Shown here: positions 32,413-42,267 of the stretch, in pieces
Position numbering within the stretch: position 1 is the stretch's first letter
How the letters are laid out: each line of letters starts with the position of its first letter
Source: Ignavibacteriota bacterium
GTDB taxonomy: Bacteria; Bacteroidota; Ignavibacteria; UBA10030
Length of the DNA stretch: 64,000 nucleotides
Assembly (NCBI GenBank): GCA_963701295.1
Contig: OY969585.1
Span: forward strand, 928,001 to 992,000
Reading direction: 5' to 3'
Translations under genes and position numbers: made by a program
Notes under the pieces: model-generated
The model's input: only the letters and a program-made list of their open reading frames with translations
The model's database searches: none
What the model was told of the DNA's origin: nothing

Positions 32413-33393
32413 ATGACAAACTTAATTGATGATATCAAAGCAAAAGCACGGCAATTGAAGAAACACATAGTTCTGCCTGACGCGATGGATGAGCGAGCAA
32501 TACAGGCAGCAAGGATTATTGTTGATGAGAAAATTGCCAACATCTCTCTTATAGGCAGTGAAGAAGCTATTCGTTCTAAAGCGCAACAACTTGGTATCGG
32601 TTTAGAAAACGTCTGTATTATAGATCCGGAGAAATCTGAAAAATTGACCGAATTTGTTCAGACCTATTTCAATCTCCGCAAAGCGAAAGGAATGCAACAA
32701 GAACAAGCGCAAGCCACGATGAGACAATCGTTGTTCTTTGGCGCAATGATGGTTCGTGAGGGAATAGCAGATGGAAGTGTCGCAGGTTCGCTTTCAACAA
32801 CCGGTGATGTCCTTCGCGCTGGAATTCAAATCGTCGGACTTCCAGAAGGAATTACCGTCGTATCAAGCTTTTTCTTAATGATTTTTCCGAAAACAATTTA
32901 CTCATTTGCCGATTGTGCTGTAGTACCGGATCCAACCTCAGAACAACTTGCTGATATTGCAATTTCAACAGCAGAGAATCACAAAAAATTGACAGGCGAA
33001 GAACCGCGTGTAGCCTTGCTCTCATTTTCAACAAAGGGAAGTGCATCGCATGCGCTTGTCGAAAAAGTACAAAAAGCAACTCTTCTCACAAAGCAAAGAA
33101 ATGCAACCTTGGTAGTAGATGGGGAGCTGCAACTTGATGCTGCCATTGTCCCTTCCGTCGGTTCAAAGAAAGCACCTGGCAGTCCAGTTGCAGGAAAAGC
33201 AAATGTGCTGGTATTTCCAGACCTTAATGCCGGTAACATTGGATATAAATTGACTCAACGACTTGCAGGGGCAGAAGCAGTCGGTCCGATCATTCAGGGA
33301 TTGAAAAAACCTTGTTATGATCTCTCGCGAGGTTGTAGTGTGAATGATATTGTAAGCGTCGTAGCAATCAATTCTGTCGCGGGAGCTGTTTAA
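32413..33393 (+). CDS. pta: Phosphate acetyltransferase
   Basis: ADCAV, LSFSTKGS, DGELQLDAA, FPDLNAGNIGYK, DLSRGCS. Confidence 0.95.
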   Translation: MTNLIDDIKAKARQLKKHIVLPDAMDERAIQAARIIVDEKIANISLIGSEEAIRSKAQQLGIGLENVCIIDPEKSEKLTEFVQTYFNLRKAKGMQQEQAQATMRQSLFFGAMMVREGIADGSVAGSLSTTGDVLRAGIQIVGLPEGITVVSSFFLMIFPKTIYSFADCAVVPDPTSEQLADIAISTAENHKKLTGEEPRVALLSFSTKGSASHALVEKVQKATLLTKQRNATLVVDGELQLDAAIVPSVGSKKAPGSPVAGKANVLVFPDLNAGNIGYKLTQRLAGAEAVGPIIQGLKKPCYDLSRGCSVNDIVSVVAINSVAGAV

Positions 33394-33699
33394 CAACCTC
33401 TTCTCCTGGTGTGTGGCGAACTCGTCATGCGTAGAGTTTAATCTCCGTGTGTGGTGTGAAAGCAGGTTTACTATTGCTGAATCGATTTTCGTTTTTGTGT
33501 GTCTGATGCTGGTGATGATATCGACATCATTCGGATAGCGTTATCTTAAAAAGCAATATTTAGACTCGATGATCGGCTTTTTCTGGTAGATGGGGTTCTG
33601 TTTAGTATGGTCATTTTTCTTCAACCCGTACCAAACTAAAAACCCCGAACTATAAATTGTTTAGTGTTGCTCAGCTCTTTCTTTCATTTTTTAATGCTG

Positions 33700-34728
33700 T
33701 TACTCTGTTGTACGTGCAAAACGCGCTTCATGCAATATCATTCGTAATGAAATCCTGTGGGTATCCCCAAGATCGTTCTCCTCATCAAACCGAGCAAACG
33801 AATAGTCAATATCAAGCTTGCGTAAGTGAAGCCCTGCACCCAATGTTAATTGCTTCACATCGTTGTAACCAATGCGTAATGCGACAGTGTTTTTATAATC
33901 GAATTCAAGTCCCATATGAGGATCAAAGCTTATTGGACCAAGATGAGCGATGGAAGCAAACTGACGATTCTCAAAGCGTACATCCACATCAATCGTTGGT
34001 GCAAAACGTCCCTGAAAAAGGTCAATGAAATATGCTGTGCCAAGTTTAAGCGTTGGTGAAATTAATTCGTTCGTGCCAGTTGACCATGCTATAAGGGTGG
34101 TTGTCACATCCTGCACATTAGCAGCCACAAACCAATTCTCCCTTGGTGAATAAAGTACCCCAATATCAAATCCTATCCCTGTTGCTGAAGCTTCTTCTAA
34201 TCCGCGGCGTACTATTTTAAGATTGATACCATATGTTAAGTCATCTGACACTCGCTTAGAGTAAGTAAAATATAAAGCCCAATCGGCCGAATTGAAATAT
34301 GTAATTTTACTCTCATCTATCCGTACAGCATTTTGATATTGACCCCGCGGCACATAATTTCCGTTTGCATCCACTCCAGCGTCTCGTGAATCGGGAATGC
34401 CGTCCACACCAAGCCGCATCAAGCTTATCGCTAACGTCGTGTTAGTACCGTATGGAATTGCCACTGCACCAAAATCATAGTTTTCCATTCCACCAAATCG
34501 TTCATCATGCATAAGCATGAACTCAGGATAGTTGAGGCGTGCAAGTGCAGCTGGATTCCAGTATGCAGCCGAGGCATCATTGGCGAGGGCTGCATACGCA
34601 CCGCCAAGTCCAAGCGCTCGTCCGCCGACACCGATGGAAAGAAACTCACCTGCGTACTTAGCAATTTGTTGGGCTGATACGCCTTGAACCACAATAAGCA
34701 CGATTAAAATTCTTTTTAGAATCTTCAT
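33700..34728 (-). CDS. PorV/PorQ-family outer-membrane protein
   Basis: Signal peptide, FLSIGVGGRALGLGGAY..A.YWNPA motif, beta-barrel, THRISL C-terminus. Confidence 0.85.
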   Translation of the reverse strand: MKILKRILIVLIVVQGVSAQQIAKYAGEFLSIGVGGRALGLGGAYAALANDASAAYWNPAALARLNYPEFMLMHDERFGGMENYDFGAVAIPYGTNTTLAISLMRLGVDGIPDSRDAGVDANGNYVPRGQYQNAVRIDESKITYFNSADWALYFTYSKRVSDDLTYGINLKIVRRGLEEASATGIGFDIGVLYSPRENWFVAANVQDVTTTLIAWSTGTNELISPTLKLGTAYFIDLFQGRFAPTIDVDVRFENRQFASIAHLGPISFDPHMGLEFDYKNTVALRIGYNDVKQLTLGAGLHLRKLDIDYSFARFDEENDLGDTHRISLRMILHEARFARTTE

Positions 34729-34736
34729 ATATCACC

Positions 34737-34905
34737 AAAAATAAAAATACCGAACTCGCTCAGTCGCTGCGTGGTTCGGTGGATAACAACGTTCGAGAAT
34801 GAGTGACGATGCACAAAACCAGCATTTCACAACTCTCTCACAATTGTCTCTGCGCGGTAATCCTTTCTTTGAATATAAGGTAGAAGATTCCTTTGAGAGA
34901 ATCAA
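34737..34905 (-). promoter_or_regulatory. Promoter plus structured leader/sRNA ending in an intrinsic terminator before porV
   Basis: TTGATT-N17-TACCTT (34905-34877), long imperfect hairpin, ACCGAAC...GTTCGGT hairpin plus ATTTTTATTTTT. Confidence 0.55.
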
Positions 34906-34907
34906 GC

Positions 34908-36695
34908 CTACTCGACACGCTCTGCTCCCAATTCACGCTTGAGCATAGTAAGGATTGGATGTTCCTTTATTGTTTGTACATCCAGAGAAGTTCCCTTTTC
35001 CTCGTTTCTTTTGCCATTATTTAGCCCCGATGTTGTTACGTAGACCGGTTTGACTGGAAGGTCATTACTCGAAAGCAGAACCGGTTCGATGGCTATCTGT
35101 TTGCCGACAACTTGATGAAGGGCGCTTACCAAGAAATTCCTATGACGTTTGAGTGTTGAAAAATGATAAGCGTCAGGGCAGGAAATGCGTACAATCCCGC
35201 TATGGACATCTATCACTTTTGTTTCCATTAACAAGGTGCCTACTGCAATGTGCGTTTTTGATACATCGCTCACGAAATCAGACCATCGTGCAATCACTTC
35301 TTCTGATGAAACGGATTGAATGGGGGTGGATGATGCAGCAACTTGTGGAAAGGAGTATTCTGATTTGTCGAGTTTCGATACGCCTGCCAGCTTCATTAAA
35401 TCAGTTCCCATGATTGATGAATAGCTGACAGCTGATTTACTACTCAGATAACCCGCACCAACCTCGCCCATCACTTTGAGTTCGGTGGAGGGAGAATTTT
35501 CACGCTGGGATGAATCGGCGGCGCTCTTCGATAAACTGTTGTTGCTATTTTTACTTATTTTTTTTTTCAATAATTCAATTTGTTGAAGTAATTCACCAAT
35601 CTGTATGGAGCTTTCCATTTTCACCATCTGAATCAATCCTGCTTCAAGGCGGTATCGCGGCTGTACCGCCCACCGAAGCGCCTGATCGAGTTCATTCGTT
35701 TGTTTAATATAGCGAAGAATATCCTGCTCGGGAAATTGATACGCCACTGCTTCATACCGCTTTTTATAATGTTCGGATACCTCAATAAGCTGCGTAGATT
35801 CTGTTGAACGCACAACAAGTAAATTGCGGAGATGTTCTGCTAACCCACCGATAAACTCACGTAAGTCGTACCCACTCTTAATGACTTCGTCTACTAATTG
35901 AATGGCTTCACGTATGTTATGATTTTTCAAAATGTCGGATACGCGGAAGTAGATATCCTGATCGACCACGTTGAATGCTTTCAGCAGTTCGATGGTTTTA
36001 ATATCTGTGCCGCAAAACGAACGTACTTGATCAAAGATGCTCTGTGCATCCCGAAGGGATCCATCGGCACGCTTTGCTATCGCCACAAGCGCATCTTCTT
36101 CGATGGTAATCTGCTCTGCATTTGCTATAGCGGTGAGCGTGCTGACTATTTCTTCTATTGCGATACGGCGGAAATCGAACCGCTGGCACCGAGAAAGAAT
36201 AGTCATCGGGACTTTATGTACTTCTGTTGTAGCAAAAATAAATACCACATGCGTTGGAGGTTCTTCTAACGTTTTCAGAAGCGCGTTAAACGCTTCTTTT
36301 GTCAGCATATGTACTTCGTCGATGATATAGATCTTATAGGAACCGTGAGTCGGTGTGTAACGCACGGAATCCCGTAGGTTGCGAATTTCTTCTACGCCTC
36401 GATTCGATGCACCATCGATCTCAATAACATCAAGACCACGACCTTCGATAATTTCCTTGCAGATTTCACATGTGTTGTCAGGATTTTGATTGATGGGGGA
36501 AAGGCAGTTAAGGGCACGTGCAAGAATGCGGGCAGTCGTAGTCTTACCACACCCACGCGTTCCACTAAATATGTACGCATGAGCAACCCGGCTGGATGCA
36601 ATTGCATTTCGGAGCGTATTTGTCACATGACTTTGACCAACGACATCGTCGAAGATCATGGGTCGCCATTTACGCGCTGTGACCTGATAACTCAT
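34908..36695 (-). CDS. dnaX: DNA polymerase III subunit gamma/tau
   Basis: [36 protein letters not shown]. Confidence 0.97.
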   Translation of the reverse strand: MSYQVTARKWRPMIFDDVVGQSHVTNTLRNAIASSRVAHAYIFSGTRGCGKTTTARILARALNCLSPINQNPDNTCEICKEIIEGRGLDVIEIDGASNRGVEEIRNLRDSVRYTPTHGSYKIYIIDEVHMLTKEAFNALLKTLEEPPTHVVFIFATTEVHKVPMTILSRCQRFDFRRIAIEEIVSTLTAIANAEQITIEEDALVAIAKRADGSLRDAQSIFDQVRSFCGTDIKTIELLKAFNVVDQDIYFRVSDILKNHNIREAIQLVDEVIKSGYDLREFIGGLAEHLRNLLVVRSTESTQLIEVSEHYKKRYEAVAYQFPEQDILRYIKQTNELDQALRWAVQPRYRLEAGLIQMVKMESSIQIGELLQQIELLKKKISKNSNNSLSKSAADSSQRENSPSTELKVMGEVGAGYLSSKSAVSYSSIMGTDLMKLAGVSKLDKSEYSFPQVAASSTPIQSVSSEEVIARWSDFVSDVSKTHIAVGTLLMETKVIDVHSGIVRISCPDAYHFSTLKRHRNFLVSALHQVVGKQIAIEPVLLSSNDLPVKPVYVTTSGLNNGKRNEEKGTSLDVQTIKEHPILTMLKRELGAERVE

Positions 36696-36733
36696 TTCAA
36701 CTCAAACCTAGAATAAGAGACACAAACATGAGA

Positions 36734-36768
36734 AGGATACAGAATTCAGAACCTAGAATCCAGAACTA
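36734..36768. repeat. Degenerate heptamer tandem repeat, 5 units
   Basis: AGGATAC AGAATTC AGAACCT AGAATCC AGAACTA between lon and dnaX. Confidence 0.7.
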
Positions 36769-39189
36769 TTTTTTCTTTTCTCTGTTCTGCTTTTTACCAT
36801 CTTTTTTATTCTCATCAAACACATATTTCATTGCTTCTTCAAGCGTTTCGACTGTACTAATTTTTAATCCTTCTTTCACTTTGTCGGAAATTTCTGTGAG
36901 ATCCTTCATGTTTTCTTTTGGAATCAATACCGTTTTGATACCGCTTCGCTGGGCTGCAAGAAGCTTCTCCGTCAATCCACCAATGGGAAGGACGTTCCCG
37001 CGGAGAGTGATTTCACCTGTCATTGCTACGTCGTTTCGTGCCGGGCGATTGCTTGCCGCAGATATGATGGCCATTGCCATTGTTATGCCTGCAGACGGTC
37101 CATCCTTTGGAATTGCGCCTTCCGGTAAGTGGATATGAATCTCGCGGTTTTTATTAAACTCCGGATCAATACCAAATTTCTTTGCATTGGAACGAATATA
37201 ACTTAATGCTGCCTGTGCCGATTCCTTCATCACATCGCCAAGTTGCCCTGTAAGTGTCAGACGTTCTGTGCCACGCATAATCGTCACATCAACATTGAGA
37301 ATGTCCCCGCCAACGCTCGTCCATGCCAAACCGGTGACTGAACCAATGCGCGGTTGCCGTTCGGCAGCCTTTGTTCGATACTTTGGGACACCAAGATATT
37401 TTTCAACACTTTCCGGAGTAACAAGAATATTCTTTTTTGATTTTTTCTTTTCCGGCTTACCGTTCTTCTGTTGCACTAATACCATTTCCTTCGCAACTTT
37501 GCGGCAAATGGAAGCAATTTCACGTTCGAGATTACGAACACCTGATTCACGTGTATATTCCTGAATAAGTTTAAATATAGTCGCATCTTCGAACTGCACT
37601 TCGTCTGCTTTTAATCCATGTGCCTGAAGTTGTTTAGAGATAATATGCCGCTTCGCTATCTCTTTTTTCTCATGCTCAAGGTATCCCGGTAGTTCAATAA
37701 TCTCCATTCTGTCTTGCAATGGCAGTGGAATAGCAAACCGGACATTGGCCGTAGTTATAAACATCACTTTAGAGAGATCGTAGTCTACTTCAATATAATG
37801 GTCATTAAACGCAATATTCTGTTCCGGATCCAATACCTCTAAGAGTGCTGCCGAAGGATCGCCGCGAAAATCCATACTCATCTTATCAACTTCATCCATC
37901 AACATCACAGGATTGATGGCTCCGGCACGTTTCATCGATTGGATGATTTTACCGGGCATCGAACCGATATATGTGCGTCTATGTCCACGAATTTCGGCTT
38001 CATCCCGCATTCCACCCAATGAGATACGAACGAATTTTCTGCCAAGCGCCCGAGCGATAGATTTCGCCAGCGATGTTTTACCCACACCCGGTGGACCGAC
38101 AAAACAAAGAATCTGTCCACGTATCTCCTTCACAAGATTCAGCACTGCAATATGCTCTAGAATTCTGTCCTTCGGTTTATCTAATCCATAATGGTCGGCG
38201 TCAAGAATCTCTTTAACATGAGCAATAGTCAAATTGTCCTTTGTTCGCAATTGCCACGGTATCGATATGAGCCAATCCAGATAATTGCGAGTAACCGTAA
38301 ACTCAGGAGACATAGGAGAAGTTTTTTTCAGTTTACTGAACTCTTCCATTGCTTTCATTGCGACTTCTTTTGGCATCTTTGCGGCTGTTATTTGCCCTTT
38401 AAGCTTCATAAGCTCAGGAGAGGCTTCATCATCACCAAGCTCGTCCTGGAGAATCCGTATTTGCTCCTGAATGAAGAACTTGCGCTGCGACTTTTGAATA
38501 TTATCCTGCACTTTGGTGTCAATGTCGCGCTCGATTTTCAGTATGTCCACTTCCGTATTGAGGATTTTTGATAGCTCATAGAGTTGATCGCGCAAAGTCT
38601 GAGTTTGCAGAACACGCTGTTTCACGTCGACGCTTTGAACAATATTTGAGGCAATATAGTACATTTTCCGTTGCGGCTCTTTAATGCCGTCATACGCCAT
38701 AAGGACTTCAGGTGGAAGGTTCCGGTTGAGACGAATGTATTCTGTAAAGAGTGTAGAAACATGTCGAACAAGCGCTTCGATTTCACGACCAGCCGGAGGA
38801 TCAATACGATTGATGACAATCTCCGCCTCAAGAAAATTGGGGTTGTGGACAAACTTCTTGATGTTTGCTTGTGCAATGCCGTCTACTAAAATCTTCATCA
38901 ATCCATTAGGAAGTTTCAGCATTTGAAGGATTTTAGCCACAGTACCTTCACGATAAATATCTTCTTCGGAAGGCTCATCAACTGATGGATTTTTTTGTGC
39001 TACCAGTAGGATATTTTTGCCGCGCTCGAGGGATTCGCTGGCAGCACGAAGTGATGTTTCTCTTCCCACAAGTACAGGAAAAATCATATAAGGAAATACA
39101 ACAACATCGCGGAGAGGTAAAACAGGAAGAATGTTTGGAATCTGATCTAATGTTTCAATGTGTTGATTGGATTTGGCAGTTTCACTCAT
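36766..39189 (-). CDS. lon: ATP-dependent protease Lon
   Basis: [25 protein letters not shown] catalytic Ser motif. Confidence 0.98.
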   Translation of the reverse strand: MSETAKSNQHIETLDQIPNILPVLPLRDVVVFPYMIFPVLVGRETSLRAASESLERGKNILLVAQKNPSVDEPSEEDIYREGTVAKILQMLKLPNGLMKILVDGIAQANIKKFVHNPNFLEAEIVINRIDPPAGREIEALVRHVSTLFTEYIRLNRNLPPEVLMAYDGIKEPQRKMYYIASNIVQSVDVKQRVLQTQTLRDQLYELSKILNTEVDILKIERDIDTKVQDNIQKSQRKFFIQEQIRILQDELGDDEASPELMKLKGQITAAKMPKEVAMKAMEEFSKLKKTSPMSPEFTVTRNYLDWLISIPWQLRTKDNLTIAHVKEILDADHYGLDKPKDRILEHIAVLNLVKEIRGQILCFVGPPGVGKTSLAKSIARALGRKFVRISLGGMRDEAEIRGHRRTYIGSMPGKIIQSMKRAGAINPVMLMDEVDKMSMDFRGDPSAALLEVLDPEQNIAFNDHYIEVDYDLSKVMFITTANVRFAIPLPLQDRMEIIELPGYLEHEKKEIAKRHIISKQLQAHGLKADEVQFEDATIFKLIQEYTRESGVRNLEREIASICRKVAKEMVLVQQKNGKPEKKKSKKNILVTPESVEKYLGVPKYRTKAAERQPRIGSVTGLAWTSVGGDILNVDVTIMRGTERLTLTGQLGDVMKESAQAALSYIRSNAKKFGIDPEFNKNREIHIHLPEGAIPKDGPSAGITMAMAIISAASNRPARNDVAMTGEITLRGNVLPIGGLTEKLLAAQRSGIKTVLIPKENMKDLTEISDKVKEGLKISTVETLEEAMKYVFDENKKDGKKQNREKKK

Positions 39190-39298
39190 AGTCTTGGTAT
39201 ACCGTTCACTATAAAAACAAAAGAGGGCACGTCTGCCTGAGCGGACACACCCATGATTTTCATTGTTTTAATATACCGAGGAAATGAAGGAGAAGCAA
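39186..39298 (-). promoter_or_regulatory. lon leader: promoter, 25-codon uORF and terminator hairpin
   Basis: TTGCTT-N17-TATATT (39298-39270); uORF 39263-39186; hairpin 39252-39225 plus TCTTTTGTTTTT. Confidence 0.55.
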
Positions 39299-39779
39299 GA
39301 AAAGGTCTTCACTGAAAAAACGTAGATTTCTCACGGACATGTATAGTTCTAATTCATATTCGTCTAATCACTGGCAATCGTTCCCCAACCGCCAAAATTT
39401 GAACTGTAACAATGGGTAATTGTTTCTTGCCACGCAATTGTGATATTTCTTTTCATTTGAAGCTTCTGTGTATGATCAATGAAATGCCACTTGTCTTGTG
39501 TCGTTATCAGTAGAGTATTTTGAACATCGTTTTGAAGCCCCCTTAGGTTGTTCATGAGATCAAGTACATCATTTAATTCGTCAGCGTAAAAAAGAAGTCA
39601 ATTCCTTTTTCATCTTCTTCCATCGCTCCAACCATTTGAGAAAGCACTAAAACTCGACTTGTTGCTTTCGCAGACAGGTTATCATCGTTCATTTTTTATT
39701 GTTCCTTAAAGACCATGATATCTGCTTCCTTTTGAACATTGCATTGAACAGCCTGATACATTTCAAATTCAAAGTATAG

Positions 39780-40487
39780 TCATAATGCGCTATTCAAAAA
39801 TCTTACAAGCGGTGTAAGTTCTTCGCAAATATCTGAAGTTTCTTTTACGAATGATGCTCTATAACACTTCGACTCCGGCCAAGAGACTCCTACAAAGAAT
39901 TGTTTGTACTTCAACCACTCTGCCATTGGATGATTCTCTTCGTAGCCCTTAGGAATGCGTTTTAGCTTCTCCCACCCAAATGGGGCAAAGAGTTTCTTAA
40001 AACGACGAATCTCAACAATTGAAAGAAATTGTTCCCCTCGTAATGAAATTGCTTTTCGGATTTTCTTTAGTTGATCGCTGTCTGGAATATAAATACCGCC
40101 ACCAACATACAGTTCTCCCGGCCCTATTTCTATATAATATCCGGATCCAACAAATCCCTTAGGCTTTCCGCGCAGAACGAAGTGTGCAGCGATGTGAGTT
40201 TTGTACGGAGTTTTATCGAAGCTAAATCGAATATCACGGTAAATTCTGAAAATGGCTCGCTTAGGATTAAGATCGAATTCTGGTGCAAAACGAGCAAAGT
40301 GCGTTTGCAATGCCATAATATACGATTGCATTGGAGCTTTTATATAGCTCTTGAATTCTTCTTTATGTTTTTCAAACCACTCTCTATTATTGTTGTGCTT
40401 GAGTAGTTTAAAAAAATTTATTCCTTCCTTAGGGAATCCTTCAAAAGGTGGATAGAGATCAAAATCCATCACTGGTATTTGAGACAT
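39780..40487 (-). CDS. DUF2461 (TIGR02453) family protein
   Basis: NNNREWF, IFRIYRDIRFS.DKTPYK. Confidence 0.9.
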   Translation of the reverse strand: MSQIPVMDFDLYPPFEGFPKEGINFFKLLKHNNNREWFEKHKEEFKSYIKAPMQSYIMALQTHFARFAPEFDLNPKRAIFRIYRDIRFSFDKTPYKTHIAAHFVLRGKPKGFVGSGYYIEIGPGELYVGGGIYIPDSDQLKKIRKAISLRGEQFLSIVEIRRFKKLFAPFGWEKLKRIPKGYEENHPMAEWLKYKQFFVGVSWPESKCYRASFVKETSDICEELTPLVRFLNSAL

Positions 40488-40499
40488 AATCCTGTTCTC

Positions 40500-41459
40500 C
40501 TACGAGATGTGAAATTCTTTCCCATCGATAGCAGCGCGAACAAAACCATTTGCTCGTGTCAATCTCGCTTTCGCTTCACTCAATGAAACATTTGCTTTGA
40601 TCATAATAAGCGCCGATTTCACATGAAAATCTGATTTCGTTAAGTAGTCAACAGCCTCATCATACGAGATGCCTGTAATCGTCATAACTATTCTCTTTGC
40701 CCGTTCACGCAGTTTTAAATTTGTCATTTGAAGATCGATCATCATATTTTCATAAACTTTTCCGAGTCGAATCATTGCCGTGGTAGTAATCATGTTGAGG
40801 ACAAGCTTTTGTGCTGTTCCCGATTTCATTCGTGTTGAACCCATGATGATCTCTGGTCCGACTTCCGGACAAATGGCAACATCGATTGCAGAAATAAGGT
40901 CTACAAATTCCGGAAGATCAAATTTCGTGCGTGGATTTGTTGTCACGTATATTGTGCGCGCACCGCGCTGCTTTGCTCTTTTTACAGCTCCAACAACATA
41001 TGGCGTTCGAAGGCTCGCGGCAATTCCACACACTACATCATTCATTCCTACTTTTTTCTTATCAATATCGCGTGCGCCATTTTCTTCTTTATCTTCAGCA
41101 CCTTCCAGAGAGCAAAACATCGCCTTTTCACCACCGGCAATAATACCCTGCACCATTTTGGGATTTGTGCCATATGTCGGTGGACATTCCACTGCGTCGA
41201 GGACGCCAAGTCTGCCACTAGTACCTGCTCCAACATAGATGAGCCTTCCATTATTTCGAAACGCAAAAATAACAAGATCAACAGCTCTAGCAATATGCCC
41301 TATTTGTTCTTCGACCGCTTGTGCGATCTTTTTGTCTTCACCATTGATGAGTCGAAGAATCTCATCAACCGATTGCGCATCTATATCCATACTAATAGAA
41401 TTTCTTTGTTCAGTCATTAAGTACTGCAACTGATCAAATAATGCTTTTGTTTTGGACAA
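40500..41459 (-). CDS. murQ: N-acetylmuramic acid 6-phosphate etherase
   Basis: TEQRN, GAGTSGRLGVLDAVECPPTYG, GPE..GSTRMKSGTAQK. Confidence 0.96.
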   Translation of the reverse strand: MSKTKALFDQLQYLMTEQRNSISMDIDAQSVDEILRLINGEDKKIAQAVEEQIGHIARAVDLVIFAFRNNGRLIYVGAGTSGRLGVLDAVECPPTYGTNPKMVQGIIAGGEKAMFCSLEGAEDKEENGARDIDKKKVGMNDVVCGIAASLRTPYVVGAVKRAKQRGARTIYVTTNPRTKFDLPEFVDLISAIDVAICPEVGPEIIMGSTRMKSGTAQKLVLNMITTTAMIRLGKVYENMMIDLQMTNLKLRERAKRIVMTITGISYDEAVDYLTKSDFHVKSALIMIKANVSLSEAKARLTRANGFVRAAIDGKEFHIS

Positions 41460-41493
41460 GTTCGTTTCTTTCTATTTTGTTTAACGATGATAT

Positions 41494-42231
41494 TTAGAAA
41501 TGTACGACCAATATCTTTTTATCTGAAGCAATGAGTTGTTCTGAACCGTTAAAGGTAAGGTCTATTGATTGTATATTAATTTGCGGATATTTTCGTTTTG
41601 CGGTTTCTATTTCTTCTGATAAATCGCCGCCCTTAAACGCTATTAAGGCTGGGGGATTCGGATCTATTCGGACGTTTATATGAGCTTTCATCACAAATCT
41701 ATTTTGGTCAATACTTTTAAGAAAGACTTTAGACCAATAAAGGAGATCCTTCAATGGAGCAACTGCTCTGGCAATGGCAAAATCAAATTTCCTTGCATGC
41801 TCTGGTAGCGAGCCGACTTCCTCTGCTCTTCCCCACAAAGCACGTATATTGATAAGTTTTATATCGCCTATCATCTGTGATACCGCATTGATTTTCTTTC
41901 CTGTTGAATCAATGCAAAGCATAGAAAGATCCGGCCGTAAGATCTTAATTGGAATTCCAGGCAATCCACCACCTGTTCCGATATCGACAATGGCGCTATA
42001 CTGTTTAATTTCTATTTTAAAAAGTGGGGAGATGCTATGCAAAATGTGATATGTCCAAACATTTTCTTCGTCTTTTCTCGAAATGATGTTGATTTTCTTA
42101 TTCCACTCTAATAATAGTACTACATAATAATCTAATTGTTCAAGTTGGTCGCTGGTTAGCGTGAATCCATTTTTTGCGCAAAGCTCGCGAAACCAAATCT
42201 TTTTCTCGGGGTGCATTATCCCATTCTCCAA
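41494..42231 (-). CDS. rsmG: 16S rRNA m7G527 methyltransferase
   Basis: WNKKINI, HILHS, DIGTGGGLPGIP, ARAVA. Confidence 0.94.
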   Translation of the reverse strand: MENGIMHPEKKIWFRELCAKNGFTLTSDQLEQLDYYVVLLLEWNKKINIISRKDEENVWTYHILHSISPLFKIEIKQYSAIVDIGTGGGLPGIPIKILRPDLSMLCIDSTGKKINAVSQMIGDIKLINIRALWGRAEEVGSLPEHARKFDFAIARAVAPLKDLLYWSKVFLKSIDQNRFVMKAHINVRIDPNPPALIAFKGGDLSEEIETAKRKYPQINIQSIDLTFNGSEQLIASDKKILVVHF

Positions 42232-42243
42232 TCAAAAATGTTC

Positions 42244-42259
42244 CGTTCCACGTGAAACA
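42244..42259. promoter_or_regulatory. parS centromere-like site
   Basis: CGTTCCACGTGAAACA matches consensus TGTTNCACGTGAAACA; intergenic, near oriC. Confidence 0.85.
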
Positions 42260-42267
42260 GAAAACTC

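Noticed and set aside
34737-34870. SRP RNA (ffs) next to dnaX, or 6S RNA
   Set aside because: No CAGG-GRAA-AGCAG domain IV motif; shorter than 6S and without its central-bubble rod
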